A program made the translations under genes and the position numbers. Below are positions 23,339 to 35,869 of a DNA stretch of 35,869 nt, piece after piece (the first letter of the stretch is position 1; each line of letters opens with the position of its first letter). Origin of the DNA: Vicugna vicugna (lineage: Eukaryota). A model generated the notes under the pieces. That model did no database searches. It saw nothing but the letters and a program-made list of their open reading frames with translations, and was not told the DNA's origin. The stretch spans positions 279,937 through 315,805 of the forward strand of contig MU058257.1 of the NCBI GenBank assembly GCA_013265495.1, written 5' to 3'.

Positions 23339-26300
23339 AGTGATTGATGTATGATTGGCGTGTTAAATCACTTTCTTTCATTCAGTTAGCTCTTTACCCA
23401 AGCCGAAAGTAATGCTCTGAAGTACAGTGTGTTGAGATGTGCATCCTTCTCCTGAAAAACCCACCACCTCACAATTTTATGTCATGAGAGGCTTATTCTC
23501 AAATCTGGAACAATGTATATTATAGGCAGTTAGTGAAGGGCGTAAGGAAGACATCAGGGAGTAAGAATAAGGGTGGACACTCATGTTATGACACAGGATT
23601 CCTTCCAAGACTTCTCCATTCCAACCACCCTCCTTAAAACATTAGACTGGATCTTTCCAACTCTTTATTTAAAGAATGAAGATGAGGGTAACTTCTTGAG
23701 CAGGACAGCGGAAAACCTTCAGCATTTATGAATGAAACCTAATGTCTCAAGATCCAGGAAAAGTTTTCAGATATTTTCGGTTTGAATTTCCAGTCGGCGT
23801 GAACGGGGGGAACTTAACAGAGCATTGTTTTTCTGCACCAGCTGCGGGTGGCAAGGAGACATAGTCCTTTTAAAAAAAAAAAAAATCTAGTTCGAGCTTT
23901 AATGAGAAAAAAAGAAAATAAGAGAGTCTCATGCCGTTCGGCCAAACACACGTCTTCCTAAATCTAGTTTCACCGTTTTTGTCCGTTTCTCTGTAAGGAC
24001 ACCCAACTTAAGCTCAGGTCTAGCTAGAAATTAGGGAAAATAAGAGAATCACTAACAAGGTCTAAGGATTATGGAACAATTGGAAAGAAAATGTATATGA
24101 GGCAAGTCAGTGTGAACAGCGTGTATGGAGCACTGCTCTGCAATAAACTTTTGAAACTAATTTTAAATTTAAAATAAATTTGAAAAAATAGACTTCAGTA
24201 GGAAAACCAGACAGCAGAATTTGTCATTTCCCTTGCGCATTTCTGAGTGACCACCAGCTCCAACTAAACAATCGGGAAACAATTCATTTCCCATCTTATC
24301 TGTGTCCCTTTTGTCCATGAGTTCATTTAACAAATATCCAAGCATCTGTTACTGAATCAAGTTTGTTTTCCCCCAGTTTCTAGAAAGGTTTTTTCAAGCC
24401 AAAAGGCTGAGATGCTGAGGTGAGCAGCAAAGAGGGGCTACAGAAGAACAAGATCTCAGATCTGCCTCCCCGAAGGCCAGGGGCTGGGGTATTTATGGGA
24501 TAAAGTAGTGGCTGGAGGGACTGAGCATGGGAGCGTGGGGAAAGGTGATGGGGAAAGGTGTGGTCATCATCACTGTTCTGCCCAGGTGTGACTGAGCTAC
24601 ACCCTCTGCACGTTCAAAAATGGGCGCCCTTAGCTGCCCCACGGATGGCGGACCTGTCGGGACCACGGATGCACTGCCCCGCTGCACCCGTGACGTCGGG
24701 GCACAGAGGAAGCGGCCATTTCTATGCTCAGCGCTCAGAACAGTGGGCACTAAGAATGCTCTGTAGCCGGACAGTACGATTTTCTTCTTCCATAGAGTAA
24801 GGCTCGTTGTGAGGATTAAATGAGATGTATGACACATGGCAAGCTTCGGGCACAGTGGGATTGACTCAGAGAGGGTCTCCCTTGGTCATTCAGTGGGTCT
24901 GTCTCAGGGGGACTTTGTAGAAGAAAACTTTGGGCAGGTGCGACCTGCTTCCCTGCCTGAGAGCCACTGAGCGTGTGTCAGTGGCCTGTGTCCTGTCCAG
25001 ACCCGTTCCTCCCTGTGCGGGGTCTGGAGCCACCTGGTCCATGAGCACTTGTGCTGTGAGGACCCTTGACAAGGAGCAGGAGACGGTTTGGTCATTCTGG
25101 AAGGAGCGCCAAAGGGTCGCTCCTGGCATTTGCCCTGTGGGTGAGGCAGAGGTCAGGCCCCTGTGTGGAACCCATCGATGGGCCAACCATAACCTTATAA
25201 ATGATCATCCAGACCAGGGCCCTGGAGGGCAGAGGGGGCTGTGGCCCCCTGTCAGGTGGAGGGCTCAGTTTGCTGTTGAGGGTCGAACAAAAGCTGTAGG
25301 TGACTGGCCCTCAACCAGCGTGTCCCTCCCAGGGCATGTGGCAGGGGGCAGGTGGGAGGGGTCCCCATGCTGGCAGGGCTAAGGTTGACAAACCTGCTGT
25401 AGAAAAACATGGTTTGGGGGGATTCACTGATGAGATTCCATGTCTCAGGAAAAAAAAAAAGGGCGCTCTTAGCACGACCTGAGGGTGGAGTTTTCAGTCC
25501 TCCTCTGACTTCAGACTCAGGCATGCCTGTTGGAGAGTCAGTGATCCTATCCAGTTTTAACCGGCTCAGCTTGACCGAGACACAGCTGGCTCCAAGTTCT
25601 GGGAAAACAACTCAGGCTACATGCCACGTGGAGGGCATGCAAGTCTTCTGTAGCAACAGTTAGAAGACCTTGACTAGTGGAGGCAGGTGAAATGGACTTG
25701 ACTAATGGCAACACAGTTTCACATCCACTCGGGCTGACAGGACCGAATATGGAAAAAACACAGTACCACGAGGCACTTGGGCGGCTCGTTTTGTTTATGG
25801 GATCTCCCCCCACTCCCTGGAAAGCTGGGAGTCAATGTAAGCTGGAAAACAAGGGACTAGGACAGGATTATCACCCGATCTTGGCAGAAGGAGGAAAAGC
25901 CTGGCTTGGCAGTGGGCGGAAGGGGATTTATCCCGGGCTTGTGTTCATTTCACCAGACACCCATCTAGAAAGGGTACGTGAGGTCCTCACAGCACAGAAC
26001 AAAACAGCAAGGATTCTCCTCTTCTACGGTTGGGACTAAGCGGAGGAAAACCAGAAACCTTTGCTCCTGGTATATGTTTGGAGCTCCCCCTTTTAAGCCA
26101 CAGAGTAAATGAGTTTGAGAAGCTTAAGACTGCATCAACCAGACATGGTAACTTTTCCTAAAACCAATTCTAGTAGCACAGTTCCGTGGTTCAAACCAGC
26201 TCAAATTCTACCTGTGCAAAACCTTTCCTTACTAACCCAGCGCAGCTTGAACCTCTCTCTCCTTCCCCTCAATTCCTGTACCCATCCTGGATGTACAGTG

Positions 26301-26796
26301 CTTCCTTCCCCTTGGCACTTAATACCAATTTCTGAAAGTATGATTTTTCCCACTTGTAAATATCCTGCCTTCCCAAATAGAAGATGGTGAGACCCTTGAA
26401 GATGCTGTCTACTCCTTTGGGCACCCCTGTTACCCCTTTTGGTGCCCTCACATACCAGAGCCCTGCTATTTATCGCTTGTTCAACGTGAGCACCAAACAG
26501 CTCCTTTGGGAGTGCTCTCTCTCACATAAGAGAGCATGTCCCTCTTACATACACTTGGCCTGTACAGCCTTGGCGTCTGTATCGGGTTCCAGACATGTTT
26601 TTTTTTTCTTGAGTGTTCCACCCACTTCTCACCCATCGCACTCTTCACCAATACCTCTTCCAAATATGTCAGGAGGCAGGAGGCTGGGAAAGGAGATGAG
26701 TGTGACTGAGAAGTCTGGTTACTCGTCAAAAGCGCCCCAATATGTTTGATTGTGCTGAGGTTGGTATCTATTTTTCAGTTTGATAGTCTTAAAAAT

Positions 26797-27515
26797 TTTT
26801 TTTAAATTGTAGTAAAATGCATGTCACATAAAATTTACCACCTTAACCATTTTCAAATGTACAGGTCAGTGGCTTTAAGTACATTCACGTTATTGTGCAA
26901 GCATCACTGCCGTCCATCTCCAGAACTCTCTACATCTTGCAAAACTAAACCCCGTCTCCTCATTTAACCTCTCCCTCAAATCCCTGGTACAACCATTCCA
27001 CTTTTCGTCTGGGTGAATTTGATCTCTCTAGGTTCCTTGTGTAAGTAGAATTACACAGCCAGTATTTCCTTCTGTGACAAGCTTATTTCACTTAGCATTA
27101 TGTCCTCAGGGTTCACCCATGATGTAGCAAGTGGCAGAACTTCCTTTTTAGGGCTGAATAATAGTCTGCTGAATGGACAGACCACATTTTGCTTAGCCAT
27201 TCATCCATCTGTAGACATGCGGGTTGCCTCCAACTGATGTTGTGAATAAAGCTGCTTGTGAACGTGATGGACAGGTAGCACCTCCTCGAGACTCTGTTTT
27301 CAGTTACTGTGGGTACATACCCAGAAAGTGGATAATGATGGTAGTCCTGCTTCTAATTTTTTGAGGAACCACCATATTGTTTCCCACGACAGCTGCACCA
27401 TTTTACATTCCCACTGACAGAGCACAAGGGCTCCAGTTTTTCCACACCCCTGCCAACTCTTACTATTTTTTGGTCTTTTTACAGTAGCTGTCCTAGTGGG
27501 TGTGAGGCGGTGCTG
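26797..27515 (-). mobile_element. LINE-1 3' end (L1MB-like), antisense
   Basis: cataaaatttaccaccttaaccattttcaaatgtacaggtcagtggctttaagtacattcac...ttttttgaggaacc...ccattttacattcccac. Confidence 0.8.
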
Positions 27516-28503
27516 GGTGAGATATTTTTGACCAAAGTAAAATCCTTAGCTCAGACTTGTAAGGACAGCTGAAAGTTGACTATGACTTGACAATGACTCC
27601 ATGATGGAACCCATTTCGAGGAAAGTTAGATTTAAACTAGGAAGTTAGACATGTCAAGAAGACAAGTTGGAGTCATGATGGGGGTGAAGATATATTTTAA
27701 AACTGTCTCCCATGGTTATGGGGGACCATGCTAATAAAGCAGGCAAGATTTCTGGTTGACTCAGTCAAAGGAGGAGCAACCTGCACATGAGGGGTAGCAA
27801 TCATACGGCCTTCTTCTCGGAAGGGCAGATGCTCTTCCACGCCTGGATGCTTTGGAAGAGCAGGGACTCATGGGAAGGTGGAGGGCTTTGGGATTCCAGT
27901 TCTGCCACCTCCTAGCAAGTTAACCTGTCTGAACCTGTCTTCTCATCTCCAGAGCAGCAATAATTATGGCTGCCTTATTGGGTGATCAGAGGGAATAAAT
28001 AGGCTAATATACTGTGGCGGGTACCACTGGGCTGCCTAGATTTTTTTCAGGGATAAAGAATATCTACCTAGCTGTTGGAAATGCTGTCAGCAAGTTTCCT
28101 TCAGCTATCAGCCCCTCAGGGATGGCCTCAGCTGCACAGCTGCCTGGGCCAAGGTCACATCCCTTCCCCATACCCAATAGCTGGTCCTATGTGGTGGGTA
28201 TGAAAGCTTATCCTTCTCAGCCCAGTTCAAGACTCAAAAGGGTCATCTCATCTTCAGAAAGTCTCTGAGGGTGCCTATTCCTCTACATTGTGCAAACATA
28301 GATAGTCTCAATCTTTATAATTTTTGATGTCTAATAAAAAAGTGATACTTAACTGATTACTAGAATTTGTACTTATTTGGTGATAATGAGAGTGAATGTT
28401 TTTTTTCTCTTTATAGACTATCTGTGACTGATCTGATGACCGCCGGTCTCTTTTTAGGCCCAAGAGTTGACTTTATTCTAGAAATTCCGTAGAAAAGATT
28501 TCA

Positions 28504-28633
28504 GGGGGAGGGTATAGCTCAAGCAGTAGAGCGCATGCTTAGCACGCTTGAGGTCCTGGGTTCAATCCCCAGTATCTTCTCTAAAAATAAATAAACCTAA
28601 TTACTTTCCCCAGCCAAAAAAAATTTTTTTTTT
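28504..28633 (+). mobile_element. tRNA-Ala-derived SINE (Vic-1-like)
   Basis: gggggagggtatagctcaagcagtagagcgcatgcttagcacgcttgaggtcctgggttcaatcccc (A and B boxes). Perfect 14-bp TSD TAGAAAAGATTTCA at 28490-28503 and 28634-28647. Confidence 0.88.
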
Positions 28634-28792
28634 TAGAAAAGATTTCAAATAGCCACGTCTGGCTGGAATGTCTTGACAGATTAAGCTTCTGTTTCCCTCT
28701 CACTCATTTTATGCCTGACCTGGATATTGTAATTCCTGGCCTCAGGATTCAAACAGAAAGCAGAAGCAATGAGATATCAAGACCCAAACTCA

Positions 28793-29130
28793 CTAATTTG
28801 CTAATTTGTGCTCTCTCTTTTTTCTTCTTTGTGAGTTTGGCCAGAGATTTGTCGATTTTATTTACTTTTTCAAAAAACCAGCTTTTGGTTTGGTTGATTT
28901 TTTCTATGGTCTTGTTAATCTCTATTGTATTTAATTCCTCTCTGATCTTTATTATTTCCTTCCTTCTGCTGCTTTTTGGGGCTTTTTGTTCTTCTTTTTC
29001 TAATTGATTCAGGTGGTGGGTTAACTTGTTTATTTGAGATTGTTCTTCTTTTTTGAGGAAGGCCTATATCGCTATAAACTTCCCTCTTAGTACTGCCTTT
29101 GCTGTGTCCCATAGGTTTTGAGTGGTTGTG
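28793..29130 (-). mobile_element. Isolated internal LINE-1 ORF2 fragment
   Basis: Minus strand translates LWDTAKAVLRGKFIAI*AFLKKEEQSQINKL...TKSWFFEKVNKIDKSLAKL, the region just after the ORF2 endonuclease domain. Confidence 0.88.
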
Positions 29131-29599
29131 CTTCTTCTCTCTCTCCTCATTCTTGAGGTCAGAGAACTTCAGATGGGGATACCTGAGGTCTTCCTAGATG
29201 TACGGGCCACAGAGAGTTTTACAGGGATTAAGGTCTAATTCCTCAACTCACATAAGTCCTCTTTTCTCAAACTGCTCCGCCCAGAAACATGTCCTGACAG
29301 AAGTGTGGGTTTCCCTCTCCCCTGTTTACTTTTTAACAAAAGACCAGCACCTGCTTATCAGCCTTCCTGAATCTTAATGAGGTTCATTGTTCTAGGGGGT
29401 AAAACTGCTCAGAAGCAATAGATACCCCTGCAGCCTCACCTAGAAGCAGAACTCATAAGTGAGACAGCTGTCCCAGGATCTGTATTAGCAGATTTAAAGT
29501 CCAACTTTTAATTACAGAAAGTCTGTGTAGGCAGGTCTGACTTCATAATGAGGGGACACAATGCACTTTGCAATTTGGTGAGGTGGCAGGCTTTTCCCC

Positions 29600-30750
29600 A
29601 AAGTAATCAGCAAAATATGCAGTTCCAGTATTTGATAAAAATACATGTAAGGCAAAAAAAATTATAATATGCATACACATGTGTAAGACATACTTTTGAT
29701 AAATTTTTTGTTAAAATCTTTTACTGGCAAGTGTTTAATAACAAATAATTTTGGAAGTCTTGATAAACTCCTTCTTATTCCATTTTTCAGAAGCTGGGAA
29801 AGCAAATTACTTTAATGACAGGTAACAAATCCTTTTCCAACTCTGGTGGTTTCCAATGCTTTGCCCTCATCAAAATTGAAAGAAGATGTAATAGATCTGT
29901 CAGCTGATAGGTCCTTAAAGAATAATGTACGATGATGGATCACTGTGATCTTTGACATATAACTCAGAAGACTTTCAAAGAATTTCAAAAAGTGACATTA
30001 CTACAATAAAACTGTTTGACTCATCTATTTATTTATGAGAAAAGGTTTCATTAGCTCTTCTATCCATGACAATAATAAAACAGGGAGAATACTGCTGATC
30101 TTGTCTCAAGCTAGCAATAAGTAAGAGTCATAATCTAATTTGCAAAGAACAACTACACCCAGTTCATGAGGAAATGTTTAACGATTAACACCAATAAATA
30201 ACCATTTGTCTTTATCATATAATAGATAACAGCTATGTTATTTGACGAGCTATGCACTAATATTAGTTGTAATAACAACTCAATCAAGAAAAAAATTAAC
30301 ATTAAGGACTATGGTTTCAGAAAAAATATATATATACTGGCAGAAAAGTATGACAGAACGATAAATGAAAGACTGGCAAGCTTAAAGATATATTGCATTA
30401 GGAAAATATTTTGTGAAGAAGTGGGATGAAAATGCCTAGGGACTTGGCATTTTTGCTACGTCATCCCAGTGGACTGGAGATAAGAATTCAAAGGGAAAAA
30501 AGGGAATAGGTAAAATTTCCAACTGTTAAAGAGCATTCAAGTATTTTTTTTAAATGAATGATGGAGGCTATAAATCACTATTACGTTTGGATTCCCTTGG
30601 ATACATTTAAAAGAGAGCAATGCAGCAATTTTACTTAAAAATAGTAATGACTATAGTATCTGTAAAATTATTTGTAATTATTTAAGCTTACAACAAAACT
30701 ATAAATAACTTAAAGTACATGAGGAGAATCATACTTCTTCAAAGTTCTTT
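29600..30750. mobile_element. Probable ancient hAT-Charlie remnant
   Basis: AT-rich. tatttatttatgagaaaaggtttc...tgctgatcttgtctcaagctagcaataagtaa resembles recalled Charlie 3' sequence. Boundaries are approximate. Confidence 0.4.
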
Positions 30751-30759
30751 TAGAAGCTA

Positions 30760-33700
30760 ATTGACATTTATAGAATATTACTGTCAACAACTGCAGAAGT
30801 CACGCTTTCTTTGCAAGTGAACCCAAACTTTTATCAAGATATCCCATATGCTGGTCATAAAACAAGCCTCAATAAATTTCAAAGGACTAAAATCACACTA
30901 AATAAATTCCCTGACCATAATATCAGGAGGCTATCTGAATATCTGGAAAATCCTCAACTACTTAGAAATTAAACAATAGACTTTTAAATAACACACAAGT
31001 CAAAGAAATCACAGAGGAAATTAGAAAACATTTAGAAATGAATGACAATAAAAACACAACATATCAAAGCCTGTGGCATGCAATTAAAGCAGTACTGAGA
31101 AGGAAATCTATGATTTTAAGTGTTCATATTAGAAAAGAAGAAAGAAAAGAAGTAAGCTTAGATCAGTGATTTAAATTCCCCTCTTAAAAGAAGCTAGAAA
31201 AAAATAAGACCAATTAAACAAAAAATGTAAAAGAAAAGAAATAATAAAGAGTGGGAGTCAATTAAGTAGAAAGTGGATAAGCAACCGGGGCAAAAATTAA
31301 TGAAAAAAATTGGTCCTTTGAAAAGATTAATAAAATCAGTAAACATTTAGCAAGACTGATAAAGAAAAAAGAAAATTCGAATTTCCAGTATTAGGAATGA
31401 AAGAGGGAACATCAAAACGTCATAGAAACATAAAAGGTCAATGATAGGAAATTATGTACAATAAATTTCTGCCAGTAAATTTGACCACTTAGATAAAACG
31501 GAAAAACCCTTTGAAAGATACAAGTTTCTGAAAGTGACACAAACGTAAATAGAAAATCTGAATTGCCCTGTATCTGTTAACAACATAGAGACTGTAATTT
31601 TAAACTTCCCACAAGACTGACTCCAGGCTCAGAGAAAACTCAGGCTCAGTGATGACTTCACTGGTGAATTTTATCAACCATTTAAAGAAGAAATAATATG
31701 AATCTTACACACACTCTTTGAGAAATAGAAGAGTAGAGAGAATACTTCCTAACTCATTTTAGGAGGCCAGTATTACCTTGATATCAAAAAGAGTAAAAGA
31801 TATTACAGGGAAACTACAGACCAATACCCTTGAATGTAGGTGCAAAAATCCTGAACAAAACATGAGCAGTAGAATTCAGCAATAAATAATAAGGATAATT
31901 CAGTATAACCAAATAGGATTTGTCCCAGGAATACAAGGTTAGTTTAACGTTTGAACGTCAATCAATGTAATTGATCACAGTGACAAAATGAAAAATCACA
32001 CAATTATCTCACTAGATGTAGTAAAAGCATTTGACAAAACTTAATAACAATAACAAACTTCCTAGGGTACTAGGAATAGAAGGAAATTATCTCACTCTAA
32101 CAAAGCACATCTGCAAAAACCAACCTCTAACATCCTACTTAGTGATGACAGACTGAACACTTTTCCCCTCAGACAGTGTTCTAACATCTCTATGCATTTT
32201 AAGCTTTAGCCATTGCAATAAGGGAAGATAAATTAAAAAAATACAGGTTAGAAAGAAAGATAACTGTTTTATTCACAAACAACATCACCGTGTACATAGA
32301 AAAGCCTAAAGAATCTATTAAAAAACCACTATTAATAAGAGAATTTAGCCAAGTTGCAGGATAAAAGGTCAATATACAAAAATAAACAGCATTTCTATAT
32401 ATTAGCAGCAGTCAGAAAATTAAAAAATTTAAATTCCATTCAAAAACCCATAAAATACTTAGAGATGAATCTAACAATGGCTGTGCGGGGACTCTACACT
32501 GAACCGTATAAAGTATTGCTGAGAGAAATTAAAGAAGATCAAAACAAATGGAGAGAGAGATCATGTCCATTGATTAGAAGACTTAATTTTGTCAAGATTG
32601 CAGTTCCGCCCAAATTAATCTCCCTAAAGCGTTACTATAATGTATATGGAAATACAGAAGAACCTAGAAGAGCAGAAGGAAGGCCAAAGTTGGAGGGCTT
32701 ACACTACATGATTTTCAGACACTGTAAAAATCCACAGAAATTAAGGCAGGGCGGTGCCGTGACTGACGTCAGGGGAGACAGACAGATCAGTGGAACAGAA
32801 TAACCCCACAGGTATATGGTTAACTGATTTTTGACAAAGGCATCAGAACAATCCTATGGGTAAAGAAAAAAAACTTCATCAAATGGTGCTGGAATAATTG
32901 GGTATGCAAAAAGGAAAACAAGTGAATGCTGACTTTATGCCACACACAAAACCCAACTCAAGATGTGTCAGAAAAATACCATATGAGATCACTCATATGT
33001 GGAATCTAAAGACTCATGGACAGAGAATACAGAGTTGTGGTTACCAGGGGGGTAGAGGGTGGGAAGGGATAGACTGGGATTTCAAAATTGTAGAATAGAT
33101 AAACAAGATTACACTGTATAGCACAGGGAAATATACACAAAATGTTATGATAAAACACAGAGAAAAAAATGTGACAATGAGTGTGTATATGTCTATGAAT
33201 GACTGAAAAATTGTGCTGAACACTGGAATTTGACACAACATTGTAAAATGATTATAAATCAATAAAAAATGTTAAAAAAAAAAGATGTGTCATAGATCTA
33301 AACATTAACCTTGTATAAGAAAATAGAGAAGATCTTTGAAACCGTGGAGTAGGTACATAGTTCATAGAACACACAAAGTACAAACCGTTTTAAAAGATCC
33401 TCACTAATCATATCTTCATTAATATTAAAAACTGCTGCTCATCAAAAGACATAGCTATGAAAAAGAACAGGCAAGCCCCAGCCAGACCTAGGAAAAACAT
33501 TTACTGACAAAGTATTTAAGAAATATAGTAAAACGTGTAACTGATGAAAGCATTATACTGAGAACACAGAAAATCCATAATAAAAAGGCAAACCAAAAAA
33601 TAATGGGCAAAAGACTTAAACAGAAATTTTATCATAGAATACAAACAAATGGCCAAAAAGAACATGAAAAACTACTCAATATCCTTAGTCATCAGGGAAA

Positions 33701-33830
33701 TGCAAGCTAAAACCATAATGTAATATGGTTTTATTAATGCCCACTCAACCAGCTAAATTCAAAGCACTAACACCACCAGCTGCTGGTGAAGATGCTGAGA
33801 ACTGGAATTTTACATGCTGCTGGCTCCTCA
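30760..33830 (+). mobile_element. Old degenerate LINE-1 ORF2 region
   Basis: LDVVKAFDK at 32012-32038 (consensus IDAEKAFDK) and LFTNNI near 32269 (consensus LFADDM). ORF 32354-32803 has IKYLEMNLT...LLREIKEDQNKW. Many stops and frameshifts. Confidence 0.85.
32971..33281 (+). mobile_element. Young 5'-truncated L1 3' end nested in the old L1
   Basis: 11-bp TSD AAGATGTGTCA at 32960-32970 and 33282-33292, with AATAAA and an A tail. Confidence 0.88.
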
Positions 33831-35298
33831 CGCTCTAGCTTTTGAATCACGAAGCTGAAATAGGATGTCTGGGACATCGCAGAGTAAATCATACACAAGC
33901 TCCCTTCTCACTTTTTTTCCTCCAGTAGCTGTCCCTATGCTTGTCCCCACCCCTCTCATGCCACACAACAGCCAGTCTCTGTTTCTCTCGCTCCCCAGCT
34001 ATTTCCAGAGGGATGAGAGCCTCAAAGATGAGCATCCGCCCTGCCCAGACTTCCTCGGGCCGCTTCTCTGCCTGCCGTCACTAGCTGCCCTCCCGGAATT
34101 AGCTGTGTCAAAAAGCGCAAGTGACAAGGGTTTGGGGCGAGGAGAGGGGAGCTTCTCTTTTTCATAATTTCACCAGAATCAACAACTCTGTAAGACACTA
34201 TACGGTCTCAGAGGAGTCACCACCTTGCTTTCCTCCAGTGAAAACAAAATTAAGTTAAAACAAGAGCTGAGCTTCCGAGCTGGAGGGCAGCCAGCCTTTC
34301 TTAGGGGTTGTCTGCCATCAGAGAGCTGGAGTGGGAGCCTGCCCTGACAACAGAGGCTGGCACCTGCCCCGAGTCCTACCAGGGACATCAGGAGAGCTGA
34401 TGACGTGAAGGATGGTGCCTCCCCAAAGAGGTGCCAAGGGTCACTGCCTCTGGGGCAGACTTATCATATGCTTAGGCTTTGGTTGTATGCAAATGGAGAA
34501 TGATTTCGGAGCCTCCACGCCCAAGGGTTGGGCTATTGGAAACAGTGCTGATCAAAGTCCAAGTAGGTCATAGGACAACGTGCCTTTCTTTTTCCTTAGG
34601 TTCCCTCCAGTCAGAAGAGATGAACTTCAGTTCAGAATCTTCCCAATTTGCCCCAAAGTAGGACACATGAGGGAGACACTTTTCCTCTTTTCATGTGTCC
34701 ATGTCTATGTCTGTCCTTCCTTTGCTGGATTTTTTGCTTTTTCAGTAAGGCCGATAACCCCAGTTTAGAATTCCTCCCCTGCTCTCCCTTGAAGGCACAC
34801 TGTGTTCATCCTCCAAAAACTCCTATCTTCCTTAATACCAGGGCCTTCTTAGAGGCTTTCCTGCCTACACTGACCTCTCTTTCCTAGACAATTCCATCTC
34901 TATCAATGCCTTTGATGGTCAAATTCCTGTGTTATCATTAAAAAGAAAAAAAAAAAGGCAAAAACCAAAACTATTTCCAGGAGACACTGCTTTGGGAAAG
35001 ATCCAGTGTTCTCTTTACTTGATTGAAGTAATAATAAAATCTTCCTTCTCCCGAAAGAAAAAAAAGTTTCCAGTGAGTATTATCTCCCCAGTTGGACTGT
35101 AAATTGAGGGCAATATTACAGAATTACTATGTAATACTTATTATCTGATACTTATTACATTATGCTTTTTCATGAAAATGGAATTGGATTTTTGACAAAT
35201 GCCCATTCTAGCTATAGACTCTTGCCATTAAATGACCAAGTCAGAGCTTCCCAAAATAGGTCATGGGATGTTGAAGGGTGCTCCATGAATAAAGATGG

Positions 35299-35812
35299 TG
35301 TAAAGGAAAAGCCCAGCTGGGCTAACAAGCTAAGTCACAAATCTAAGTGCAACAAGTGTCGGATTACTGATCTGAGTTCTGCTGGGCTAACTCATAAATC
35401 TGAAGTTTAGTGTCAGTCTATTGGGCTAACGAGCTCAGTCACAAATCTAAGTGTGATAAGTGTCGGTTTACTGATATAAGTTCTGCCGGGCTAACTTGTA
35501 AATCTAAAGTTTAGTGTCAGTTTACTGGGCTAACAAGCTAACTCGTAAATCCAAGCTCAACAAGTGTCAGTAACGTGATCTGTTCCAAACTGATAAGCTC
35601 CAGTGTACTGATTCCTTGCTTTTTGTTGTTTGAACCTTATTGGCTAATAGCCCCATACTTGTAATTAACCCTATAAAACCTCATATGCACGTCCTGGAGG
35701 TGCTCAGAGCTTCGGAGCAAAAGCCCCTCTGAGCCCGCCGGCGTAATAAATCTGAGTACTCCAACCCTCCAAGTGGTGCTTGTTTCTTGGCTGGCCTGTC
35801 ATTTCCGTAACA
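35299..35812 (+). mobile_element. ERV (class I-like) 5' LTR
   Basis: TGTAAAGG...CCGTAACA termini, U3 tandem repeats, reversed CCAAT at 35639-35643, TATAAAA at 35672-35678 and AATAAA at 35745-35750, followed by a PBS. Confidence 0.85.
35318..35586 (+). repeat. 104-bp tandem repeat (about 2.6 copies) in LTR U3
   Basis: Units start TGGGCTAAC at 35318, 35422 and 35526. Confidence 0.9.
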
Positions 35813-35816
35813 TTTC

Positions 35817-35834
35817 TGGAGGCCCCAGCGAGAT
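35817..35834 (+). promoter_or_regulatory. Retroviral primer-binding site, tRNA-Thr
   Basis: TGGAGGCCCCAGCGAGAT is the reverse complement of the recalled tRNA-Thr(UGU) 3' end ATCTCGCTGGGGCCTCCA. It starts 4 nt after the LTR-terminal CA. Confidence 0.8.
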
Positions 35835-35869
35835 ACAACCACGCCGGCCCCTTGAGCCGCTGGACTGGT

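Noticed and set aside
24493..26749. Cluster of 60-150 aa ORFs downstream of PHYH as another gene
   Set aside because: No recognisable protein similarity or consistent exon structure. Such ORFs are expected by chance in moderately GC-rich DNA.
28504..28580. tRNA-Ala-like sequences (also at 21265-21340 and 10640-10715) as tRNA genes
   Set aside because: They have A-rich tails, target-site duplications and degenerate stems, so they are SINEs.
32354..32803. 149-aa ORF as a host gene
   Set aside because: It is a degenerate L1 ORF2 remnant.
35318..35586. Regularly spaced repeats as a CRISPR-like array
   Set aside because: The units are fully repeated with no unique spacers, lie inside a mammalian LTR, and no cas genes are present.

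Overview
Mammalian genomic DNA, most likely camelid. This is inferred from tRNA-Ala-derived SINEs resembling the camelid Vic-1 family and from young L1 3' ends. The window holds one complete 9-exon protein-coding gene on the + strand: PHYH (peroxisomal phytanoyl-CoA 2-hydroxylase). Its CDS is join(7090..7164, 11242..11300, 12299..12409, 13032..13200, 15655..15736, 16975..17156, 19068..19217, 21087..21224, 23042..23095), 1020 nt or 339 aa, with an intact PTS2, HQD..H iron triad and 2-oxoglutarate-binding K120/R275. It has a CpG-island promoter and AATAAA at 23333. The rest is mostly interspersed repeats (L1, L2, MIR, hAT MITEs, MaLR/ERV LTRs, SINEs), ending in an ERV 5' LTR with a tRNA-Thr primer-binding site. 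I found no convincing new biological system. The best non-obvious signals are: intron 1 looks like a U12 (minor-spliceosome) intron with an in-frame competing U2 donor; the exon 4 donor is very weak (GAG|GTTCCA); an unexplained ~200-bp segment is duplicated between the promoter and intron 1; near-identical L1 3' ends flank the gene in direct orientation; and a young-looking provirus starts at the right edge. Repeat family names and human PHYH comparisons are from recall, not from a database search.
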